From: Craspedostauros australis
Taxonomy: Eukaryota
Assembly: GCA_030167865.1 (NCBI GenBank)
Contig: JALAGF010004049.1
Location: forward strand, 47,618 to 67,617
Direction: 5' to 3'
DNA: 20,000 nt
The position numbers were made by a program, and so were the translations under genes. The stretch's first letter is position 1, and every line of letters begins with the position of its first letter. Under the pieces are notes generated by a model. It saw only the letters and a list, made by a program, of their open reading frames with translations, ran no database searches and had not been told where the DNA came from. This document shows, piece by piece, positions 1 through 9,378 of the stretch.

Positions 1-2938
1 GGAAGCAACGCAAAGGCAAAGCACAGTGCTCCACGTATCTTTGGCATGGAGAAATGGATAGAGTAGCGCAGAGCAGAGGAGCTTGTGTCTCCACCCGTTT
101 CTCCACTCCATCCCACTCCACTCTCGCTTCTACTCTCATTTTTCATGGTACTGGTGCTCTTGCAAACACTGCAGCTGGAGCGGACGCAGCTTGGAGATTG
201 ATCATAGCATAACAGCACTCACCCGCAAACCTGTCGAGGAGAGTCCTCGGCGACACTTTCCATTTCCCCAGGAGCCGACTGGCCTCCACGAGCACAGCAA
301 CAGCTGCCCTGCCGTGTGCTGCACTTCCATTTGCTCCACTCTTCTCGTATCCGTACCGTACCCTACCGCACTCCACCAACATGATGATCGCATCCTCGTG
401 TCTGTTGTTGTCCGTGATTCCATTGCGAGAGGCAAGGGGAGGAGAAGCGAGACCAAGCGTCATGGGAGAAGATCATAGATCGTCATGGCCTGCGTGAACG
501 TCATTGGCCCGCTTTTGCAGGGGATGGCGAATGATGCGCGCAGGGCGTCCTCATGGTCGATCGGGTGGTTCGTCATTTGACTGGAAACCGAGGCGAGATG
601 TCAATGGATCGCGCTGACATTTGACGAAGTTGTTGACGACTCCAGAGGAACGTTCTCCCGGTACCATTTCGTTCTGCATCCGCAAACGCCGCGATGGTGT
701 TTGTGAGGTTTAGCCCGACTAACCACCGAAGATGATTTCGACCACAGATCAACGAAGATGCTTGGCCCAGATAGTAGTACCATCGCCATACACGCACACT
801 CTGCGGACATGCACCGCGCATCTTGGAACACAGTTCGAGACACGTTGCCATCATGTGACAGTGACCCACGACCTCTTCGCCGACTGGCACCTGCGGGTAT
901 CCCTCGCAAATAGCCACAGAGGCAGGTCTGTCACATCGCAAGACAGATCTGTCCCAGTATCCTCCCTCTCTCCTTCTCTCCATCTCTGTCTTTGAATTGG
1001 CACATCTGGCAATGAGAATACAACCAATTGCACCGATTGGTTCTGCTGCAATTGAAACGGGAAGACTTGCGGTACCATTTGAACCACTTCATTTATTCAT
1101 CACCTTCGCACGTAGAATATGATACGTCGTTGCAACGGTGCGATACGATCACGAGTGTACGTATTATCACTTGTTACTTGTCATTATTATAATAGTTGTT
1201 AGTTGTCATCCCGCAAAGCGTACGCCATATAATACAACCCGTACTATTGCATGACTCGTTGTGCCGCCTCCTCGAGCACTTCCAGAGTTGCTGGGAATGG
1301 CCATCATCATTGGTCTGAGCTGGCATGTGAGTGTGGGTCTCAATGTGTGCGAAAGCCGCACGCGCAACTTCGGAAGACGATATCGCAATGCCCCTCCTGT
1401 GTGTAACGGCGTGGCGCGCCATCATGGTGACTGTTTGGTGAAGTGCTCTGATACTCCTCCCTATTGGTTCTCGGCGCCATTGTCCTTCCTTGCCACCACT
1501 CGTTGCCATGAACATCGCGCGAGTACGCACACAACTGGAGTGACATCGACATCTTCCTTCGAACTGGAAATGTGATGGCAGTGTGTGGATGGTACGAGCA
1601 TGAGTATGTATTGTACGAATACCATGCACTGCGGGTCCTCATCCAGCAGACGTCTGGGTCTACCCTGCTCTGCTTGTGCTATTGTCCATCAATGACAAAC
1701 CATAGTCCGAAGGAAAGAGAGAAGTTCTCACCTTCTGTCATACCTCGGACCAGGGCGAAACATCGGATACGCTTTACCGCCAAAACATCCCTTGTGCCAA
1801 ACACCTCGGAGCACAAGCACTCGTACGTCTGGTACGAGGAGACGGAGGACTTATCATGCCCACGATTGATGGGACGCAAGCCAAACACACGAAATTCAGG
1901 TGGACGTGCAAGAGGAGGAATTCCCATTGTGGGATCTTGTGAACGGCGGTGGACAAGGCGGGAAGGAGGCAGGGATCGGGCTTGTGTTTTGAGAGGATGT
2001 GACAGCTGGATGGGGCCATACGTATAGTAGTGTGATGCGAGCATGGCAAAATGCTGTCAAAAGATCATTGCACGATCAGCCACGAACTTCTCGTTTCACA
2101 GGTTCGGAGGTGGAAGTGCCGACCATCGCAGTATGCTCGGAGGATCACAAGTACAAACAGAAGCACAAATGGACGCAGGAATAGGAGTTGGAGGATATTC
2201 GTTGAGCAGTAGCGCTCTGGCCCTCCTGCTCTTCCAACACGAGTGCGCAGCTCCGCTCCTTCAGAGAAAGGAGCTTGGTGAACTGAACCCCAGGCCAACT
2301 CGCTGCTTGGCCAGCCAATCGATTGCACTTCCAACTTGGTCGGATTGACACGGCTCCTCAGTGAAACATACTGGTAGCGCGGTATGACGGCACAGCTGAT
2401 GTCGCTGCCGGAAAGGATGAGACTCGCCGCGACGATACCTTGCGAACAACACGCGTGATGAAGCGAAATTCTCATCGCCCAGCATCAAGCTCGGAATGTC
2501 CTCATGCTTCATCTTGTGATCTGTTTTCTGCGCCGTGGCTTGTACGCAGAGCGAGTGTGCCGAAAAGCCCTCTCGGCTGATGATGATTCAATCGTTGTGG
2601 GCACGTATTGATTCGCCGGACAACTCAAACGCACCAAAGTGACGCAGGAGGCGAACACATCAACAATAACGAAACTGCAATTGGGACCACATTTATGGCT
2701 CCAACCTTGTTGACCAACCATCTGTTCCCCTTGCGAACGACCGCATCATCACACTTGTGATAGGAGTTGGAGGCGGGGGGAGAAACGTGCAAAGTCCACC
2801 TGTTACCGAACACGACAGACTATTTGCATTTATGGTACATGTCAACCAAAGAACAATGCGAATCAGTGGCCTGTCGCAGTAGAACCCACCACAAGCAGGT
2901 CTGGATGCGATCATGGTTTGTCTAACATCTCGCCGACA

Positions 2939-2967
2939 GTTTGGGCTATGGCCAGCATAGCCCAAAC
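2939..2967. repeat. Perfect 12-bp inverted repeat with a 5-nt loop
   Basis: GTTTGGGCTATG-gccag-CATAGCCCAAAC. Confidence 0.9.
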
Positions 2968-5168
2968 AAGGAGGACAAGGGAAGATTGTGAACAACTGCG
3001 AAACTCTCTTCTACCCTTTGTATTCTACAATCCTATACCATACTCCATCAAACGTATGTATCTCTCCGTCTCAGAGGAGCGCGTCTCTTTCGACGAAGAG
3101 GTCCGGACAAGCGATGAGAAAGAAAGGGGAAGCTCATTGCGACACAACCAAGACCAAGTCGAAGCACGAGAAAATAGCATTATGCGCACGAGTCGCCTTT
3201 CCTTGCCGGATCAAGGCCATGGCCACGGTAGTGTACAAGGCATCAAACAAACAAGCAAGGGTGCAAACAGACGCACAACTAACATCCGTCCTCGCTTTGT
3301 GGCTTCAACAGCCATACAATATTATCATAGCCAAACACAAAACAGTGTAGGACTGTACAGAACAGAACAGCCTCGCGATGTCTGCGATGATGCTGGAATG
3401 AGGCTACACAAGCCCAATGACGCCTTCCTCATTCCGTTGCACCAGTCGCTTGTGAATGATGCCCGCAGCAACGAAGACTGACGTCACAGTAACATAGAGT
3501 ACTGTTCCATCTAAGAAATGCACACAAGGCGGTGATGCTTGCCAAGCTCACGATAAATGCGAGCATGTGTGGCCGTGGTAATATCGCGTGTCTGGAACTC
3601 GATATGTCTCTCCCTTTGTGCAAACCTCCTGGGCGAACGCACAATGGAAGACCATTATTCGCTTCCCCATCCGCTGACGGCGCGCGAAAGCGATGATTGC
3701 GCTTGTGTGTCAAGTTGCTGTGGGGCGGTTGTTTTGGGGGGCATGCACACACCATCACAACACCTTGGCGGAATACCTCCCATGTACAAACGTGGCAGAA
3801 ACGAACTATTCCACGCACTCTGCTCTATGTTCCTGAAATCTTCATCGAAGATGACATCTCCCAACACAAACGCTGTTATCACCATGAGCAGTGGACAATC
3901 TCATTTCTGTTGTACCAGCGACACCATCAGCGCCAACGGCACGAAGCAGCTCCCCATGGCTGCAACACCTACCGTATGAAGCAGCTCCAAGGGTGCAGCT
4001 CAAGCCGCCGTCCAAACTCCACCTCGTGCATCATCAATCACTCACCGGAAGGGTTTGGAGGAGTATCGCTGCGTTTCCGTAACCACAAGTCGGCGGTGCA
4101 TTGAGAATGATGGCTACTTAGAGCGGACGTGCCAGCCAAGATCCATTTTGCGGACCACGAGCAACATCTGTGCTCTGAAAACCCTGCATTCTCCCCAGGA
4201 GCGTTTGGTTACTCGCCTATCTTAAGTCATGGGTGTTTGGGAACTGCGGTGCATAAAGGACAAATCCTCTCGTCGGAAGTTGGTTGCCTTTGCTATTATT
4301 GGATGGTATCTTGGGAGGTCGGAGCGAAACACGTGTCTGATTACCAGTTTCGTTTGGGCATTTGTCGGACTTCTTCCCCTTGCCACTGTGTTGTGCCGAA
4401 CGTGCAGTCAGCCTTTCCTGTTGACAACTGCCTGCTGGTACCGCGTTGCGTGGTGTGGCTCGTGGAGTATGGCCTTGTGTGGTTGTGTGGTTGCGTGGGG
4501 TTTCTCTCGCATTGTTGTCTCGTTGTCTCACTGTCTCAGCGATGTGGTGCCTTGGCCATTCTTCCCTCTTCTGTTTCGCATCACATTCCACACACTCCGA
4601 TCGTATCACACAGCACCGTCGGCCTTTCTTTTATCCAAGCTAACAGCCATCCTCCAAACTCGCTTCGGAAACACGTGAAGTCCCACGCACACATCGGAGG
4701 CTGGTGACGTGATCCATTCTCAGTTCTCACAATTCCTTTGTAGCGCCAACGTTGCTTGTGCCCTCTCTTTCATCACATCGACCATCATCACGTTCATCAT
4801 CACGTTCATCATCATCATCTCTACGATCTCAGCAGGGGGGAAGCAACCACACTGTAAACAATACACATCCATACACATCCATACACCCACACGCACATCC
4901 ACACCCGCACCAACCAATCCAACACCACAACATCACGACATCACATCACAACGCAAACAGATTGCTTTCATCCCCTCTCATCTTGTGCTCAATCCACAAC
5001 ATCCACAAGACGACATTGTGCACATCATTACCAAAAACGTCAGTGCTATCACGTTCAACTTCAACAGCCCTCCTCACGATTTGCAACAGTTCATCAATAG
5101 TCGATCACCGATCATCCTAACCCAGTGGCTCCATTACCCACGGCCGCTCATACAACCAGGGCGACAGC

Positions 5169-7130
5169 ATGATGCAGACGATGAACTTCACACACGGAGA
5201 TCTCCATGAACGTCCACAATCACGGCCACGCACGCAACCAGGCCACCAGGCATCACCATCAACAGTCACAGTAACATCATCATCCACAGTTGCATCAGCA
5301 GCACCAGCGTCTTCAGCAGATTCGGGATATCCAACAAAGGTAGATGCGACGCATGCCATCAACCGCCAGCTACCCTTCGACGCGTGGGCCATGCCCGTAC
5401 CGTCCGACTCGTTCCATCTCGGGGCGTGTCTGGAGCCAACCCCCATCGCGAGCGACGGCATGAAGGTCGTCAACTCCCTCCCCCTGGCCTCGGGTTCATC
5501 GCTGGGCCCGGACCTTTCGTGCTTCCGCGACGTGGCGCAGGACATCTTGCTGCTGCAGGACGTCCTCGTTTGCCGCAACCCTGATGATGGGCATGATCAC
5601 TGCCATCCTCCTCACGAATGCGCCATCCCCTTCCAACCGACTTCTTCGCAGCTCCTGTCTCGATCTCCATTCGATCCTCTCTCAATGGCGAACTGCGCAG
5701 CATCCCATGGAACTCACATGCCTTCCACGGAAAGGCCTGCCAAGGCTCCGATGGCGCTGCCTCATCCTTCGCACACGCAGTCACACACTTCTATACCTCC
5801 AAATGCACATACATATGCACATGCACATGCACATACATATCCATATCCATTCGATCATTCATTCGACCAATCATATCCATACGCACGCACGCAGATGAAT
5901 ATGCACGAGGAAAATCTATCACAGGAGGTCCGAACGATCGCAGCACAGGCCTGCCACCACCCAACACACAACGAGGCTTTGGCGCATGCCACGGGGCTGC
6001 TGCAGAAGCACCAGCCGCAACGCCACCAAGACCAGCACTGGAGGAGCATGGTCAATGCCGTCGCCGATGTCAACCCGGCCGTCCACGCAGGCGACAGCCG
6101 CAGCTGTCTGGAGCCGGCGACGCTTCGCAAGGAGCTGGATGACTGCAACGACATACTGGGTGGTGAGGAGCTCTTGGGAGAGCACCAACACCATGACCAT
6201 CAACGCCAGCAGCAACGCTCCACTGCGTCTGCTGGTACTGCCACCACACAGCACGCCCATCCCGCCATGCTATCGCAAGCAGCTGGCAACATCGAGAATC
6301 ACAGAAGCCCGCTGCCACCGAACGGCACTGACGTCCCTCTTCACGTGGCCAGCGCATGCGACGAGAAGATGCCGATTCGCAAGGATGGCAGCGATGTGGA
6401 TCTGGCGAGCGCAGCAGACGCCGGCGCCACGAACTCTCACGATCCCAACGAAGGGCTCCAGTCCACCGGCCCTGCCAGAGCCGCCAAGAGACGCAAGATC
6501 TGCGACAGCGATAGCAGCGTTGGCTCCGACAGCAACGCTGCGCCCACCACGAGCATGTACGCGGAGAATTGGAACCGACGGTACAAGCAGCTCGTGGCAT
6601 ACAAGCAGCGCTTCGGGCACTGCCATGTCCCCCACATCACAGGCGGTGCCAACGGCAACAACAGCGCCTCGACTGATGACAGCGGCGGAGACAATGGCAA
6701 CGCTAACACCACCAACTGCGGCACCGGCACCGGCAAGAACTCCTCCCACCAATCCAGCCTCGCTCACTGGGCTCGCCGCCAACGCCATCAGTACAAGCTC
6801 AAGATGCAAGGCAAGTCCTCGAGCCTCAGCAACGAGCGACAGGAGGCGTTGGAGGCGCTTGGCTTTGTTTGGGACCCCAACAACGCGGCCTGGGAGGAAA
6901 AGTACCAGCAGCTCGTGGACTTTGCCAAGGAGCACGGCCACAGCCAGGTGCCACGCTGGTTCGAGCAGAATCCGCCCCTGGCGATTTGGGTCAAGTGCCA
7001 GCGTCGACATTTCGCGCGGATGAAGAAGCAGGCGGGGTTAAGGACGTCTCTCACGCCGGATCGAATCCGAAGGCTCGAGATGCTGGGCTTCGTTTGGTAC
7101 GCGAAGGCCAATCCATGCCGAAGGAAGTAA
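5169..7130 (+). CDS. Helicase-associated (HA) domain tandem protein without a helicase; probable nuclear DNA-binding regulator, 653 aa
   Basis: Uninterrupted ATG-TAA ORF. The C-terminus has two copies of the HA pattern W..RY..L..YK...GHC.VP...L..W...QR......ER...LE.LGFVW (NWNRRYKQLVAYKQRFGHCHVP...LAHWARRQR...LEALGFVWD and AWEEKYQQLVDFAKEHGHSQVP...LAIWVKCQR...LEMLGFVWY). A basic NLS-like AKRRK precedes the domains, and the N-terminal ~460 aa are low-complexity. The exact start is uncertain (ATGs at 5169, 5172, 5181). Confidence 0.92.
   Translation: MMQTMNFTHGDLHERPQSRPRTQPGHQASPSTVTVTSSSTVASAAPASSADSGYPTKVDATHAINRQLPFDAWAMPVPSDSFHLGACLEPTPIASDGMKVVNSLPLASGSSLGPDLSCFRDVAQDILLLQDVLVCRNPDDGHDHCHPPHECAIPFQPTSSQLLSRSPFDPLSMANCAASHGTHMPSTERPAKAPMALPHPSHTQSHTSIPPNAHTYAHAHAHTYPYPFDHSFDQSYPYARTQMNMHEENLSQEVRTIAAQACHHPTHNEALAHATGLLQKHQPQRHQDQHWRSMVNAVADVNPAVHAGDSRSCLEPATLRKELDDCNDILGGEELLGEHQHHDHQRQQQRSTASAGTATTQHAHPAMLSQAAGNIENHRSPLPPNGTDVPLHVASACDEKMPIRKDGSDVDLASAADAGATNSHDPNEGLQSTGPARAAKRRKICDSDSSVGSDSNAAPTTSMYAENWNRRYKQLVAYKQRFGHCHVPHITGGANGNNSASTDDSGGDNGNANTTNCGTGTGKNSSHQSSLAHWARRQRHQYKLKMQGKSSSLSNERQEALEALGFVWDPNNAAWEEKYQQLVDFAKEHGHSQVPRWFEQNPPLAIWVKCQRRHFARMKKQAGLRTSLTPDRIRRLEMLGFVWYAKANPCRRK
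6570..6872 (+). other. HA domain 1, with a ~34-aa G/N/T/S-rich loop insertion
   Basis: Runs from W (6570) to the end of GFVW (6872). There are 42 residues between VP and the L-x-x-W helix, versus 8 in domain 2. Confidence 0.85.
6891..7097 (+). other. HA domain 2
   Basis: WEEKYQQLVDFAKEHGHSQVPRWFEQNPPLAIWVKCQRR...LTPDRIRRLEMLGFVW matches the HA pattern at canonical spacing. Confidence 0.9.
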
Positions 7131-7628
7131 CGGTTCGCACGCGGCAGCACCTTCAACCCAAGAACAGAGTGGATCCGATTGTCGATCGTCGATCGTCGTG
7201 GACGCTATTTTACGAGTATTCGTAGCCACCATGATGATCGAAGAACGATGACGGAACAGCAAGTGCAGTCGCTCGCCCATGAAGAGGCGGCAGGCTTGAC
7301 CGCCGACCATGACCGTCGATGCATTCGCACGTCCCTTGCATCGGTTCCCATATTTGACCATCTCCCATCATTCTATTTCATAAATCCATGATTAGCACTA
7401 TCAATCATCATCACTCTACGACTCTACCATACCAGTACCATACTTCGCTGTACCATCCTTTGGCAATGCTCCGCCAAACGATTGATCATGCAGGGATGGC
7501 AGAGCATCGATACTCTACGACTTGGACAAGTGCCGGCACAATTGGTGGGACCGCATTCTTGCATGAGTGTGCATACGTGGCTTGTGGTGGTATGGCACGA
7601 CGATGATGCACCGCACACGTCATACGAA

Positions 7629-7661
7629 CGTGTGTGTGTATGTGGGTGCGTGTGTGTATGT
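7629..7661 (+). repeat. Imperfect (GT)n microsatellite between the convergent 3' ends
   Basis: cgtgtgtgtgtatgtgggtgcgtgtgtgtatgt. Confidence 0.8.
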
Positions 7662-7953
7662 TGACTCACTGCGCCTTAATTTGCTTACCAGGATGCAGCA
7701 GCTTTCTCTGCAATTGTGGCAGAGTATTTGTGCTGTGTGTATTCGCGCTATACCCACGGTCTGATTCGTCGTGCCGGAGTGCGAATGGGCATCCCGACCC
7801 GGTATTATCGCACCATACGTGCCGTACGTAGCATTCTTACCGTGTGTGTCTGCCATGCTTTCCTACCTTGCTACCTGTTGAACTCGAAGATGTTGCAGTA
7901 TTGGAAACCACTCCAAACCACTCCACTCCACGATACTCGCTAGCTCTTTGGTC

Positions 7954-9378
7954 CTAGTATATCCCCGGTTGGTTGTACAGACCCGATGTCACGGCCGACG
8001 CACCCATGAGGTGGTATCCATGATCATCGGCCATGTAGAGCCAGGCGACGGATAGCAGCATGAGGCTAGCCAAGACGTAGAAAGTGGTGGAGACGATTCG
8101 CAGCGGCGCCTTGATGAAGACCGTGTTGAGAGTCCCGAAGACGATGTAGAAGAGCAGCCCGATGAAGATCGACATCACGTCTGGACCAGGATCGGACGGT
8201 GGTGGCGACGACGGCTTCTTTTCCTTTGGCTTCTTCGTCTTCTTGCCCTGCTTTGCGGCAGCCGCATCTTCGGTGGTGGGGACATCGATGTCGTTGGGAA
8301 CCGCGAGGTTGCCCGTTCCGACGCCGACCTCTCTGACGTCCTTGGGAGGCGACATGGAGGGTGGGGCCATCGAGGGGTCCATGCCAGCGGGCGGTGCTGA
8401 TTGCACTGCCATCTGCACCTGCTCTTCCACCTGTCGCTGAGCTTCCTGCTGCATCTGCATGAGCTGCTGTTGCTGCTGGTAATGCTGCTGCTCCAGCTGC
8501 TGCTGATGGAAAGACTCGAGCTCCTGTGTGACCTGGGATATCTGCTGCTGGACCTGGTCCTGCACCTGGCTGTGCGTTTGCATGAGTCCCATGGCCGTGC
8601 TGAAGAGGCTGGCGCAGTAATGCTCGCGGCACATCATTGCACCTTCGTAGACCTCGTCCAAGGAGTAATCCTTCTCGTTGGCATTCTCGTCGATGTAGGT
8701 GACGTTGCCGAGCGGCCTGTCGAGTTCGTCGACGTTGCCCGCGACCTTCCATGACTGCGGGTTGTCGATGGCGTTGTTCCCGTTGGCAACGAGGTTGTTG
8801 GGGGCATTGAAGGCATCGTCGCCAGGTCCAGATGCCACGACGGATGGAATGACGCCGTCGACGGCGGACTGGATGAAGTATCGAACCGCGGCTTCATTGC
8901 TGAGGCAGAGCAAGGAGCCGTCCGCGCTGATCTTGGCCACAACCTCCAGGCTGGATGGCGTGGAGACGTGGGCCTGCTTCCCGTAGGATGACGAGTCTGA
9001 TGTGGAGGCCAGGTGGAAGAGGTCTGGTTCGGTCTCGATTCCGTAGGGTCGGCGGATGACGAAGGTGGCGACGTCGGTGGAGTATTCGTAGGGGATGCAG
9101 TTCGCCGCCTGGACGAAGTGTCCCTGGAGCTTGCGCTCGGTGGCCTGCCTGTTGGTCAAACCTGACTTGGCGCTGGATTGATCGTCACCGAGCATCGCAC
9201 CGGACGCATCTTCCCCGCCCTGCTGCGTGATGGCGGCAGCATCTTCGCCGTTCTGATCCAACAGCTTGTGACGAGGATACGGAGTGGCCATGCGCCGTGG
9301 GCGTGCCTGTTGCTGATCAGGTGTGAAGATACCACCACGGGGCGTGGTGGGACCGCCAGGTGGTGACATGAATCCAAA
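7954..9378 (-). CDS. Exon 2 of the minus-strand membrane-anchored hypothetical protein (474 aa plus stop)
   Basis: Part of ORF 7954..9549 downstream of the CAG acceptor. It is GC3-rich and protein-like from FGFMSPP onward, and ends NQPGIY-TAG. Confidence 0.85.
   Translation of the reverse strand, partial: FGFMSPPGGPTTPRGGIFTPDQQQARPRRMATPYPRHKLLDQNGEDAAAITQQGGEDASGAMLGDDQSSAKSGLTNRQATERKLQGHFVQAANCIPYEYSTDVATFVIRRPYGIETEPDLFHLASTSDSSSYGKQAHVSTPSSLEVVAKISADGSLLCLSNEAAVRYFIQSAVDGVIPSVVASGPGDDAFNAPNNLVANGNNAIDNPQSWKVAGNVDELDRPLGNVTYIDENANEKDYSLDEVYEGAMMCREHYCASLFSTAMGLMQTHSQVQDQVQQQISQVTQELESFHQQQLEQQHYQQQQQLMQMQQEAQRQVEEQVQMAVQSAPPAGMDPSMAPPSMSPPKDVREVGVGTGNLAVPNDIDVPTTEDAAAAKQGKKTKKPKEKKPSSPPPSDPGPDVMSIFIGLLFYIVFGTLNTVFIKAPLRIVSTTFYVLASLMLLSVAWLYMADDHGYHLMGASAVTSGLYNQPGIY

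Noticed and set aside
3010-3070. Minus-strand peptide EIHTFDGVWY resembling the start of a vWD domain (GDPH.TFDG..Y)
   Set aside because: It is bounded by stop codons, lacks GDPH and has no downstream vWD features.
2918-3481. 187-aa plus-strand ORF containing an RVxF-like ERVSFDEEVR
   Set aside because: No other family motifs follow, there is no clear coding signal, and a 4-residue motif is expected by chance.
4709-5168. ORFs 4709..5209 and 4752..5120 upstream of the HA gene
   Set aside because: CA-rich low-complexity leader with non-ATG starts and an in-frame TAA at 5118-5120; most likely 5' UTR or promoter.
5986-7023. 345-aa alternative-frame ORF and several antisense ORFs over the HA gene
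   Set aside because: Shadow ORFs of a GC3-rich CDS, with R/S/T/A-biased translation and no motifs.
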